A DNA stretch of 40,645 nt, from IMG/VR virus record IMGVR_UViG_3300030207_000688, positions 1 to 40,645 of that record; one strand, 5' to 3'. Below, in pieces: positions 26,491-35,338 of the stretch. The notes beneath the pieces were generated by a model. The model ran no database searches. It had not been told where the DNA came from and saw nothing but the letters and a program-made list of their open reading frames with translations. How positions within the stretch are numbered: position 1 is the stretch's first letter; each line of letters opens with the position of its first letter. A program made the translations under genes and the position numbers. This DNA is from a virus. Taxonomy: Duplodnaviria > Caudoviricetes.

Positions 26491-26552
26491 TAATATATAT
26501 TTATTACCAAAACTAACTACCAACTATTGAAGAGAAAGGAACTACCAAAGCA

Positions 26553-27587
26553 ATGGCTACAAGAAAAAACGGCACTAAATTTCTCGCTGATTTCATGGTC
26601 AAAAATGAACGTTACAGAAAGCAGTTTGATTCTGAGATTGAGGCAAAAGAATATGAAACGAACGTAAGAGCAAAGTTACATAGGGGCGAAAGAGTTGATA
26701 AGGATGATAAACGACTGGAGCCAATAACACTTTCACAAATGTTTACTAAGGTTGTATTAAACGTATGGCAGGGAAAAGCAAATGAGCCTACAGCGTTGCA
26801 GCATATCTCTATGATAGAAAGGTTTTTTGGTGCAAAGAAGTTAGCTCATACGATTGATATAAATGACTTTGATAGATTTAAGTTACATTGCAAGGAACTA
26901 GGAAATTCACCTGCAACAATTCGATTAAAGTTTGCAACGATTTCTAAGGCTTTTGGTTTTGCTTTTTCGAGAGGGTGGATTCCAAAAAAACCTTTGATGC
27001 CTGAGTTGGATAAAGTTAACAACCAGAGGGAAGCTTTTTTTAGTGATGAAGAAGAGGCAGATATATTGGAATACCTAGAGGAGATAGGTGAGGATTACTT
27101 TGCAGATTTTTTCATGTGGCAGATAGATACAGGGATGCGTCCAAGTGAGGCAAGAAGGGTTCACGCAAGTCAGGTATATTCTGATCCGCAACTAGGATAC
27201 GTTGTAGATTTAAAGGAAACAAAGAACAACGAGCCAAGAAAGATTCCTTTGACTAGACGAGCTAACATTGCATTTCGTAATCATTACAAAAAAGGAAAGA
27301 TGTGGGAGCATTGGACAAAGGAAAGAATCAGGACTGTTTGGGACAAGGTAAAAAGATCCCTTGGAAGAGAGAAAGATAGGGATTTTATTTTTTATCTTTG
27401 CAGACACACATGTGGCTCCAGACTTGTACAAAGGACAGGAAACATAGCACTGACAAAGAAGTGGTTAGGGCATAAAAGAATCGAGCAAACTCTAAGATAT
27501 GCACACCTCAACTCTAACAGTTTACTAAGCGGATTAAAAGCACTAGAATATGGTGCATTGTGTGGTGACAAAAAAGGATTATGTTAG
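26553..27587 (+). CDS. int: Tyrosine recombinase / integrase
   Basis: 344 aa; TGMRPSE (R), TKNN (K), YLCRH (HxxR with His replaced by Tyr), WLGH and TLRYAHL (catalytic Y); N-terminal arm-binding-like RYRKQF segment. Confidence 0.92.
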   Translation: MATRKNGTKFLADFMVKNERYRKQFDSEIEAKEYETNVRAKLHRGERVDKDDKRLEPITLSQMFTKVVLNVWQGKANEPTALQHISMIERFFGAKKLAHTIDINDFDRFKLHCKELGNSPATIRLKFATISKAFGFAFSRGWIPKKPLMPELDKVNNQREAFFSDEEEADILEYLEEIGEDYFADFFMWQIDTGMRPSEARRVHASQVYSDPQLGYVVDLKETKNNEPRKIPLTRRANIAFRNHYKKGKMWEHWTKERIRTVWDKVKRSLGREKDRDFIFYLCRHTCGSRLVQRTGNIALTKKWLGHKRIEQTLRYAHLNSNSLLSGLKALEYGALCGDKKGLC

Positions 27588-30010
27588 AGCAAGAAGATCT
27601 TAACCAAGAAATGTCTGAAATAGGACAGGGCAGATACAATGCACAAATTGAAAGTGCAAGAAAGTATGACCAGAACGCCCGTACAAAATCAGGACAAAAA
27701 CTTATGAGAGAACTTTTGCCTGAGTTCTATGAAAGAATAAGAGAGATGTTAAGACCAAAGGCAGGTAGACCAACGAGGTGGCTTACCGACTTGAAAGAGT
27801 ATGATCCAAAGAAGACTGCATTTATAACACTCAAGACAGTTCTTAACTGTATTCCTTACAAAAAGACAATGGCATCTATGAGTTATACTGTAGGTGCAGC
27901 TATTGAGAATGAAATAAGATGTATATTTTTGGTACGTACTAATGACAGAGGTGAAGGCATAATAAAAGGAGCAAAGCAAAGAGCAACTTCATCACAAGTT
28001 CCGCACATAAAACGCTCCATGAAGCATGAGAAAAACAAAAGAGGCATAGAAGATTTTGAGCCTTGGTCTAAAAGAGATCGACTGTCCTGTGGTATTGCAT
28101 TAATTGAAATATTAAGATCAAGTACTGCTTTGATCGAGTATGTGTATTTAAAAGATAAAGGAAGAAAAACACCTACGAGATTTGTAACTGCAACGCCTAC
28201 GACATTAAAGTGGATCGAAGATTTTAATAATCACAGGTCATTGCTTGAGCCTTTTTGGTTACCAATGGTTGAGCCTCCAGAGGATTGGACAAGCATTTGG
28301 GAAGGTGGATATAAAATTGAAGGTACTACACTTCCAAAGCTTACTTTTATCAAAACACCAGATGCAAAGTTTCTTCGTGAGCTTAACCCAAAAGATTTAA
28401 AAGTACCTTTTGAAGCTGCAAATCTTATACAAAGAACACCTTGGGAGATAAACGAGCGAGTACTTGATGTGGTCCTTTGGGCTTGGGATAATAATGTGCC
28501 TGTAGGTTCTACTATTGTTAGTCAGGAAGATGAACCTTTACCTCCTTTTCCTGTAGATGGAGATGAAAACAAAGATGTAAAGAGGCAATGGGCTGCAATG
28601 GCATCAGGAGTTTACAAAAGAAATACTTCAACGAGATCTAAGCGTGTTCTTTGTGGTACTGTTATAAAGTTAGCCGAAAAGTTTAAAGGCATGAGGTTTT
28701 GGACACCAGTGAATGCGTGTTTTCGTGGAAGACTTTATTCAATACCATCTTTTTTGAACATACAAGGAACAGATTTATCAAGAGGACTGCTGCAATTTGA
28801 ACGAAGTGAACGTGTACGAAATAAAAAAGAAGCAAGGTGGCTTGCAATACATGGAGCTAACTGTTGGGGCTACGACAAAGTTTCATTAGATGATCGTGAG
28901 CAATGGGCTTATGACAACGCTGAAATGATTACACGTATTGCAGAAGATCCAACTAGAAATACAGAGTGGATGGACGCAGATGGTAATGGCTGTTTTCAGT
29001 TCCTTGCTTTTTGTTTTGAGTGGGCTGATTTTTTACGTGATGGAAAACTTAAAACAAAACTTCCATGTTCGATGGACGCAACCAACAATGGGCTTCAAAT
29101 ATTATCAATACTGACTCGTTGTGATTATGGTTGTGTTGCTACAAATGTTATCCCTACCACAAAACCTGCTGACATTTATGATGTTGTCAGAGTACGTGTG
29201 GAAAGTTATTTGGCTGAAGATGCAAAGCAGGGACATCCTTTTGCACAAGCGTGGCTTGACTATGGATTAAACAGATCCATGACGAAAAAAAGTGTCATGT
29301 GCTACTCGTATGGATTGACCATGTATTCTAACAGGCAGTATATAACTGATTGGTTTGAAGAAAAAATACACGCTGACAGTTGTCCTTCTCCTTTTGATTT
29401 ATCTGAGTATTACAAAGCTATTCATTATCTTGCTGAAAAGGTTTGGCAAGGTGTTGAAGAAATCCTGGATCTTCCAAAACAATGTATGCACTGGTTCCAA
29501 GAGGTTTGCAATATTGTTACGAGAGAGGAGCGACATTTAACATGGAAAACTCCTTCTGGTTTTATTGTAAAGCAGGATTACAAAAAACTTAAAGATAGGA
29601 AGGTAAGTACATTCATCACTGGTGAAGCAGTTCATGTTAATTTTAAGGAGGACACAGATAAGATTTCACCGAAGGCAATGCGTAATGGTGTATCTGCTAA
29701 TACAGTTCATGCCCTAGATGCTGCTTTATTACACAATGTCGTAGTGAATGCAGCCAAGGAAGACAAGCATGGAAAAGCTATTTATGATTTTGCAATGATC
29801 CATGACAGCTTTGGGACTCACTGCAAAAACTCAGATAAATTAGCAAAGATAATTCGTGAACAAGCTGTCGAGATGTTTACACCTGATCTTCTAAGGGATT
29901 GGCTTGACCAGATTAAAAAACAAAACCCTGACTTAAATTTTCCTGATCCTCCTGAGTATGGACAAGCTGAGATATCACTCATCAAGGACAGTAAGTATTT
30001 CTTTTCCTAA
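27581..30010 (+). CDS. Single-subunit DNA-directed RNA polymerase, T7 gp1-like
   Basis: 809 aa; FRGRLY, motif A SMDATNNGLQ, motif B RSMTKKSVMCYSYG, motif C IHDSFGTH and the C-terminal YFFS. Confidence 0.97.
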   Translation: MLEQEDLNQEMSEIGQGRYNAQIESARKYDQNARTKSGQKLMRELLPEFYERIREMLRPKAGRPTRWLTDLKEYDPKKTAFITLKTVLNCIPYKKTMASMSYTVGAAIENEIRCIFLVRTNDRGEGIIKGAKQRATSSQVPHIKRSMKHEKNKRGIEDFEPWSKRDRLSCGIALIEILRSSTALIEYVYLKDKGRKTPTRFVTATPTTLKWIEDFNNHRSLLEPFWLPMVEPPEDWTSIWEGGYKIEGTTLPKLTFIKTPDAKFLRELNPKDLKVPFEAANLIQRTPWEINERVLDVVLWAWDNNVPVGSTIVSQEDEPLPPFPVDGDENKDVKRQWAAMASGVYKRNTSTRSKRVLCGTVIKLAEKFKGMRFWTPVNACFRGRLYSIPSFLNIQGTDLSRGLLQFERSERVRNKKEARWLAIHGANCWGYDKVSLDDREQWAYDNAEMITRIAEDPTRNTEWMDADGNGCFQFLAFCFEWADFLRDGKLKTKLPCSMDATNNGLQILSILTRCDYGCVATNVIPTTKPADIYDVVRVRVESYLAEDAKQGHPFAQAWLDYGLNRSMTKKSVMCYSYGLTMYSNRQYITDWFEEKIHADSCPSPFDLSEYYKAIHYLAEKVWQGVEEILDLPKQCMHWFQEVCNIVTREERHLTWKTPSGFIVKQDYKKLKDRKVSTFITGEAVHVNFKEDTDKISPKAMRNGVSANTVHALDAALLHNVVVNAAKEDKHGKAIYDFAMIHDSFGTHCKNSDKLAKIIREQAVEMFTPDLLRDWLDQIKKQNPDLNFPDPPEYGQAEISLIKDSKYFFS

Positions 30011-30063
30011 TATTTGAAAAGGAAGTTTAAAAAAATAAATAACCAAAGGTATAAAAACATAAA

Positions 30064-30672
30064 ATGAAAAGTATAAAACTAACTACCCCGATAGGTAAAG
30101 CTATCTATCCTAAATTCCAACCCGACTACTTTTTTGATAAGAAAGGTGTCTACAGTTGTAAGTTGCATGTGTCTAAGGAAGACTTTGAATCTTTTTCAAA
30201 GCAAGTAGATGAACATGTGGAAAAAGCCTACGAAGCTGAATCTGAAAAACAAGGCAAAAAGATAAAGCGTTCAGCGCATACTCCTTTGTTAATTACAGAG
30301 GAAGGTGACTACGAAATTAGAACAAAGCAACCTGCAAAGGTTGAAACATCAAAAGGTGAAATAGAATTTACTGTGGCACTTTATGATAGTAAGGGGCAGA
30401 AGCTTTCTCCTGACACAAATGTAGGTAGTGGTTCTCTTGTCCGTTGTAATGTTGAACTGTCAACTTGGTATGTAACTTCACAAGGGTTTGGTTACACACT
30501 GCGATTAAGAGCAGCACAGATCATAGAACTTGTTGAGTATAGTGGAGGTAAAAAAGATGAGGGCTTTGGAGCAGTTGATGGTGGTTACATTGCTGAAGAA
30601 GAATATAACGAAGAAAAGAATGAAGAAAGCAAAGAAGCTAGTCAAGCATCGACAGCAGAAGTTCCGTTCTAA
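30064..30672 (+). CDS. Single-stranded DNA-binding protein, T7 gp2.5-like
   Basis: 202 aa; TTPIGKAIYP, VGSGS, GYTLRLRAAQIIELVEY; acidic tail ending in F. Confidence 0.92.
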   Translation: MKSIKLTTPIGKAIYPKFQPDYFFDKKGVYSCKLHVSKEDFESFSKQVDEHVEKAYEAESEKQGKKIKRSAHTPLLITEEGDYEIRTKQPAKVETSKGEIEFTVALYDSKGQKLSPDTNVGSGSLVRCNVELSTWYVTSQGFGYTLRLRAAQIIELVEYSGGKKDEGFGAVDGGYIAEEEYNEEKNEESKEASQASTAEVPF

Positions 30673-31012
30673 GTTTGAAAGAGACACAGCCCTCTCCCTG
30701 CAAAGGGAGGGGGTTAACTTTGAATATGAGACACTGAGGATAAAGTACAAAAGACTTTCTGTTTATACGCCTGACTTTATTTTTCCTAATGGAGTTATCA
30801 TAGAAGCAAAGGGTTACTTTAAACCTTCAGATAGAACAAAGCATATTTTGATAAAACAACAGACTGCCCATGACATACGTTTTCTTTTTCAGAATGCTTA
30901 TAACACACTCACAAAGAACAGTAACACTACCTACGCTGACTGGTGTGATCGATATGGTTTTTTGTGGTGTCATAAAAGGATACCTACAGAATGGACGATA
31001 ACAGTTTCATAG
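30620..31012 (+). CDS. Endonuclease I (Holliday junction resolvase), T7 gp3-like
   Basis: Probable ATG at 30620; FRSKFE, YTPDFIFPNGVIIEAKGYF, DRTKH and TTYADWC motifs. Confidence 0.93.
   Translation: MKKAKKLVKHRQQKFRSKFERDTALSLQREGVNFEYETLRIKYKRLSVYTPDFIFPNGVIIEAKGYFKPSDRTKHILIKQQTAHDIRFLFQNAYNTLTKNSNTTYADWCDRYGFLWCHKRIPTEWTITVS
30688..30715 (+). other. GC-rich 12-bp hairpin with GCAA (GNRA) tetraloop just after the SSB stop
   Basis: AGCCCTCTCCCT-GCAA-AGGGAGGGGGTT. Confidence 0.6.
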
Positions 31013-32610
31013 AAACTTGTTTACCATGCCCAAAGTGTGGAAGCAGTGATGCCCTTGCTATGAATGCAGATGGGAGTACGAAGTGTTTTAGTTGCGATAC
31101 TTTTGATCCTAGAGATAACCGAGAAACAACATCAACTACTGAATATAATAAAAAACCAATGACTAAAAAAACTACTGACAACTTTTTAAAGGGAGAAGCA
31201 AAGGCTATAGCTCCAAGAGGATTGCATTTAGAAACTTGTAAAAAATACAAGTACCACATCGGAGTAAATGATTTTGGCAAGACTGTTCACATAGCAAACT
31301 ACTACGACAAAGATTATAAGCTCATTGGACAAAAGCATAGAGATGCTGAGAAGAACTTTAACGTTGAGGGAAGGATTAGTGATTACTTTTTTGGACAGCA
31401 GCTTTGGAAAACTGGAGGAGCAGACAAGCTTCTTATTTGTGAAGGGGAAATAGACACCCTTACAGCAAGTCAGCTTCAAAATAATAAGTACCCTGTAGTT
31501 GGCATAGGTTCGGCAACCTCTGCTAAAAGTTTATTTAAAAAGAACCTCCAGTGGCTTAACACATTCAACAAAATCTATTTAATGTTTGATGAGGATGACG
31601 CAGGAAGGAAGGCTGTTGAGGAAGCAGTAAAGATACTACCTCCTGGTAAAGCTTATGTAGCAAGGTTGAATGCAAAAGATCCTAATGAACTGCTACTTAA
31701 AGGTAGAGGAGATGAAGTTGTTAAGGCATTTTGGGAAGCAGAAAAATGGAGTCCCTGTTCTATAATTGATGGAAGCACTTTGTTTGATAAGCTTACTGAA
31801 GTAAGACCAAACGATTCTATTCCTTATCCCTTTTCCAATTTAAATAATAAAACGAGAGGTCTACGCAAGTCAGAAATAACAACCTTTTGTGCAGGGAGTG
31901 GTATAGGGAAAAGCCAAGTGTGTAGACAGATTGCACATCACATTATCACGACCACTGAAAGTAAAGTTGGTTACATTGCACTTGAAGAGTCAGTCGAAAG
32001 GTCAGCAGAAGGAATACTTGGAATAGAACTAAAAGAACTGCTGCATCTGAATCCAGTCACAGTTGATGCTAAATATAAAAAAGGTTTTGAGGCAACTCTA
32101 GGAACACAAAGGTTACTTTTCTACGACCATTGGGGAAGCCTAGATCCTGATAGAATTATTGCTGATGTTCGCTATATGGCACAGGCAATGGACGTTGAGT
32201 ACGTTGTGTTAGATCATATTAGTTTGGTCGTAAGTGGACTTAGTGACAGCGAATTAGGATCGGAACGCAAAGCCCTCGATGTTATTATGACTAGGCTTCG
32301 TGCGCTTGTGGAAGAAACAGGAATTGCTTTAATACTTGTTAGTCATCTTAAAAGACCAGAAGGCAACAGAGGACATGAGGAAGGTGTTACTGTTAGTCTT
32401 TCACATCTCAGGGGATCGGCTTCGCTTGCGCAACTATCAGACATGGTTATTGGGCTTGAACGCAGTCAGCAAGATCCAGAAGAACAGCATGTCACAACTC
32501 TTAGAATTTTAAAGAATAGGTTCAGTGGGGAGACAGGGATAGCAGGACACATTCACTACGACACAAACACTGGAATACTAACAGATGCAGACACAGCAAA
32601 CCCTTTTTAA
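30991..32610 (+). CDS. DNA primase/helicase, T7 gp4-like
   Basis: Zn finger CPKC...CFSC, TOPRIM ICEGEIDTL / FDEDDAG, Walker A AGSGIGKS, LDHIS, LRGSASLAQLSD and KNRFSGETG. Confidence 0.97.
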   Translation: MDDNSFIETCLPCPKCGSSDALAMNADGSTKCFSCDTFDPRDNRETTSTTEYNKKPMTKKTTDNFLKGEAKAIAPRGLHLETCKKYKYHIGVNDFGKTVHIANYYDKDYKLIGQKHRDAEKNFNVEGRISDYFFGQQLWKTGGADKLLICEGEIDTLTASQLQNNKYPVVGIGSATSAKSLFKKNLQWLNTFNKIYLMFDEDDAGRKAVEEAVKILPPGKAYVARLNAKDPNELLLKGRGDEVVKAFWEAEKWSPCSIIDGSTLFDKLTEVRPNDSIPYPFSNLNNKTRGLRKSEITTFCAGSGIGKSQVCRQIAHHIITTTESKVGYIALEESVERSAEGILGIELKELLHLNPVTVDAKYKKGFEATLGTQRLLFYDHWGSLDPDRIIADVRYMAQAMDVEYVVLDHISLVVSGLSDSELGSERKALDVIMTRLRALVEETGIALILVSHLKRPEGNRGHEEGVTVSLSHLRGSASLAQLSDMVIGLERSQQDPEEQHVTTLRILKNRFSGETGIAGHIHYDTNTGILTDADTANPF

Positions 32611-33484
32611 CAACGATGTGGATACTTCCAAAACAACTATTAACCACCTTTCGCTCTGCTCTGGATATGAAGGCATCGGACTCGGACTTAGAAGGATCTT
32701 CCCGAATGTTCGAGAGATATGTATGGTGGAGAGGGAAGCTTTCAACATCGGCAACTTGGTTCACAAGATGCAAGAGGGAAAACTGGATCAAGCACCTATT
32801 TGGTCTGATCTTAGAACGTTCCCTTTTAGAAAGTTTCGTGGATTGGTGGACATCCTCAGTGGAGGCTTCCCCTGTCAACCCTTTAGCCATAATTCAAAGC
32901 GCAAGTCAGACAGAGATGAACGACACTTGTACCCCTTCATCGAAAATGGAATTAGAGAATGTAGACCTTCCCTTGTTTTCTTGGAAAACGTCGAGGGCAT
33001 CATCACCACAAAAACAAGTGAGGGAGAACCTGTTCTCAGACATGTCCTTAGAAGCTTGGAATCGATGGACTACATCTGTGAGGCAGGAATATTCTCAGCG
33101 AGTGAAATTGGAGCATCCCACCACCGAAGAAGAGTATTCATTCTTTCCTACGCCAGACGTAGCACAGGCACAAAAGGTATCAAACAGACCAAACTACGGA
33201 CAACTAGGACTAGCAAACCATCCTCATGTTCATGGCTCTTTTGTTCAGAGGGAGAAATCCAAGAAGGACAGAAAGGGGGAAGAAAAACTTTTCCATCCGC
33301 ACCACGAAGCCCTCAAAAGAAATGGGAAAGACTACGGACTCTTGAACGCAGATTGGGTAGAGCAAATGATGGGACTTCCAACAGGGTGGACAGACTTCGG
33401 ACACTTGGGGCAGGAGTTGTCCCACAAACAGCAGAGCGAGCCTTTAGAATCCTCTCAAAAAAATTAACAGAAAGAATAAAATAA
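32585..33484 (+). CDS. C5-cytosine DNA methyltransferase, alpha polypeptide (motifs I-VIII and X)
   Basis: Motif I SLCSGYEG, IV GGFPCQPFS, VI FLENVEG, VIII HHRRRVF and X RLRTLGAGVVPQ; no motif IX in this frame. Confidence 0.9.
   Translation: MQTQQTLFNNDVDTSKTTINHLSLCSGYEGIGLGLRRIFPNVREICMVEREAFNIGNLVHKMQEGKLDQAPIWSDLRTFPFRKFRGLVDILSGGFPCQPFSHNSKRKSDRDERHLYPFIENGIRECRPSLVFLENVEGIITTKTSEGEPVLRHVLRSLESMDYICEAGIFSASEIGASHHRRRVFILSYARRSTGTKGIKQTKLRTTRTSKPSSCSWLFCSEGEIQEGQKGGRKTFPSAPRSPQKKWERLRTLERRLGRANDGTSNRVDRLRTLGAGVVPQTAERAFRILSKKLTERIK
32616..33467 (+). CDS. Nested +1-frame ORF: methyltransferase beta polypeptide (TRD-like segment and motif IX)
   Basis: 283 stop-free codons entirely inside the alpha gene; ATG 5 nt after the helicase stop; contains FPTP and LNADWVEQMMGLPTGWTD (motif IX-like). 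Confidence 0.75.
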   Translation: MWILPKQLLTTFRSALDMKASDSDLEGSSRMFERYVWWRGKLSTSATWFTRCKRENWIKHLFGLILERSLLESFVDWWTSSVEASPVNPLAIIQSASQTEMNDTCTPSSKMELENVDLPLFSWKTSRASSPQKQVRENLFSDMSLEAWNRWTTSVRQEYSQRVKLEHPTTEEEYSFFPTPDVAQAQKVSNRPNYGQLGLANHPHVHGSFVQREKSKKDRKGEEKLFHPHHEALKRNGKDYGLLNADWVEQMMGLPTGWTDFGHLGQELSHKQQSEPLESSQKN

Positions 33485-33485
33485 G

Positions 33486-35333
33486 ATGGAATACAAATAC
33501 AACCTAGTCATTGCTGACATAGAAACAAACGCTATAGAAAACTTTACCACTCTTGATTGTCCTATCAAGTTTCATTGTATCTCAATACTTGATGTGAAGA
33601 CTCTTGAAATGCACGAGTTCAACACACTCAAGGACAACATTGAAGATGGGATAAAGATGCTAGAACAATCTAAGTATGTTTGTGGGCATAACTTCATTGG
33701 TTTTGACGGACCCTGTATAGAAAAAGTTTATGGTCTTAAATTAAATAAAATCGTGGACACAATGCTCATGTCTAAACTTTTTTGTAGGGACATTGCTATC
33801 ACTGATAGAAGAAGAGAAAACTTTCCAACAGCCCTTGTAGGTAAACATAGCTTGAAGGCTTGGGGTTGGAGACTTGGAAACTTCAAGGGAGATCATGGCG
33901 AAAAAGAAGACGCTTGGGAACACTGCACACCAGAGATGCAGCAGTACTGTTCACAGGATGTAAAAGTTACTTATGATTTATATAAAGAACTTATTCAGTA
34001 CAGTGTGTCTTCAAAGTCACTGGAACTGGAGCATGATTTTGCAAGACTGATAAGAGTACAGGAGCTTAATGGTTTTCCTTTTGATGTAGAGAAAGCAGAG
34101 GAGCTTGCAAAAGAACTTTCTGTAAGAAGAGCAAAACTGGAGCAGGAGATGCAAGAGGTATTCCCTCCAAAGGTTGAGGAGATGAAGAGCGTGACTGGAT
34201 GGAAGGTAGAGGTAGAAGGAATAGAGTATACTGGTAAGACCAAGGTTGCACTTAGAATGCAACTAAAGAAGGCAGGACTGAAGCAGAACATATCTGACCT
34301 TGCAGAAAAGATGGGAAACAAAGTAAGGACAACTCCCTTTAATCCTGGATCTAGAGATCAGATAGCAGAGAGACTGATGGAACAGGGGTGGGTTCCAAAA
34401 GCTTATGAAGGAAAACGACCAGAGATAAATGAAACAGTACTGAAACAAATAAACACTAACGAGTCACTAAAACTACTTGAATATCTTTTGGTTCAAAAAA
34501 GACTTGGCATGTTAGCTGAAGGTAAGAACTCTTGGCTTGGATGTGTCACAAAGAAAGGAAGGATACATAGCACTATCCACACAGCAGGTACTATCTCAGG
34601 AAGGTGTAGTTCGAGTAATCCTAACCTACAGCAAATTCCTGCGGTTCGTTCTGAGTATGGCAAGGAGTGCAGGGAACTTTTTAAAGCACCAAAAGGAAAA
34701 GTACTTTGTGGTAGCGATGCATCATCTTTGGAGCTTCGTGCGCTTTCTCATTTCTTGTATCAGTTTGATAGTGGTAAGTTTGCTAGAGAAATACTTGAAG
34801 GTGACATCCATCAGGTTAACGCAGATATCCTTGGAATAGATAGAGACAAAGCTAAAACCTTCATCTACAGCCTTATATACGGAGCTTCAAATCAAAGACT
34901 TGGCGAAGCAGTTGGTAAAGGAATGAAGGAAGGTAAGCGACTTAGAGATACCTTTATGGCAAAGATGCCCGCCTTTAAAAAATTACTAAGTGCTGTTGAA
35001 AGATCGGCAGAAGCTAACGGACATCTTACTGGTGTTGATGGTAGAAAGATCGAAGTCAGATCGAAGCATAGTTTACTTAACTTTCTTTTACAGAGTTGTG
35101 GTGCTGTCATAATGAAACAAGCGTTGGTTGAGTTTGCTAAACTTGCAAAGCATCCCTATGAAATGCATGCGAACGTACATGACGAAGTTCAGTTCTCCTG
35201 TCTTGAAGAACACGCACATGACTTGGGAGCTACTTTTGTAGCAGCGATGACTCAAGCAGGTAAAGTTTTAGATATCAAATGCCCTCTCGATGGTGACTAC
35301 AAAATCGGCAACAACTGGGCAGAAACGCATTAA
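33486..35333 (+). CDS. DNA polymerase family A, T7 gp5-like
   Basis: Exo motifs ADIETN, GHNFIGFD and YCSQDV; polymerase motifs DASSLELR, RDKAKTFIYSLIYG (Tyr at the T7 Y526 position) and VHDEVQ. Confidence 0.97.
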   Translation: MEYKYNLVIADIETNAIENFTTLDCPIKFHCISILDVKTLEMHEFNTLKDNIEDGIKMLEQSKYVCGHNFIGFDGPCIEKVYGLKLNKIVDTMLMSKLFCRDIAITDRRRENFPTALVGKHSLKAWGWRLGNFKGDHGEKEDAWEHCTPEMQQYCSQDVKVTYDLYKELIQYSVSSKSLELEHDFARLIRVQELNGFPFDVEKAEELAKELSVRRAKLEQEMQEVFPPKVEEMKSVTGWKVEVEGIEYTGKTKVALRMQLKKAGLKQNISDLAEKMGNKVRTTPFNPGSRDQIAERLMEQGWVPKAYEGKRPEINETVLKQINTNESLKLLEYLLVQKRLGMLAEGKNSWLGCVTKKGRIHSTIHTAGTISGRCSSSNPNLQQIPAVRSEYGKECRELFKAPKGKVLCGSDASSLELRALSHFLYQFDSGKFAREILEGDIHQVNADILGIDRDKAKTFIYSLIYGASNQRLGEAVGKGMKEGKRLRDTFMAKMPAFKKLLSAVERSAEANGHLTGVDGRKIEVRSKHSLLNFLLQSCGAVIMKQALVEFAKLAKHPYEMHANVHDEVQFSCLEEHAHDLGATFVAAMTQAGKVLDIKCPLDGDYKIGNNWAETH

Positions 35334-35338
35334 TAATT

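Noticed and set aside
30530-30619. Longer endonuclease N-terminus from the track's TTG start
   Set aside because: It lies deep inside the SSB gene; ATG 30620 gives a typical gp3 start shortly before FRSKFE.
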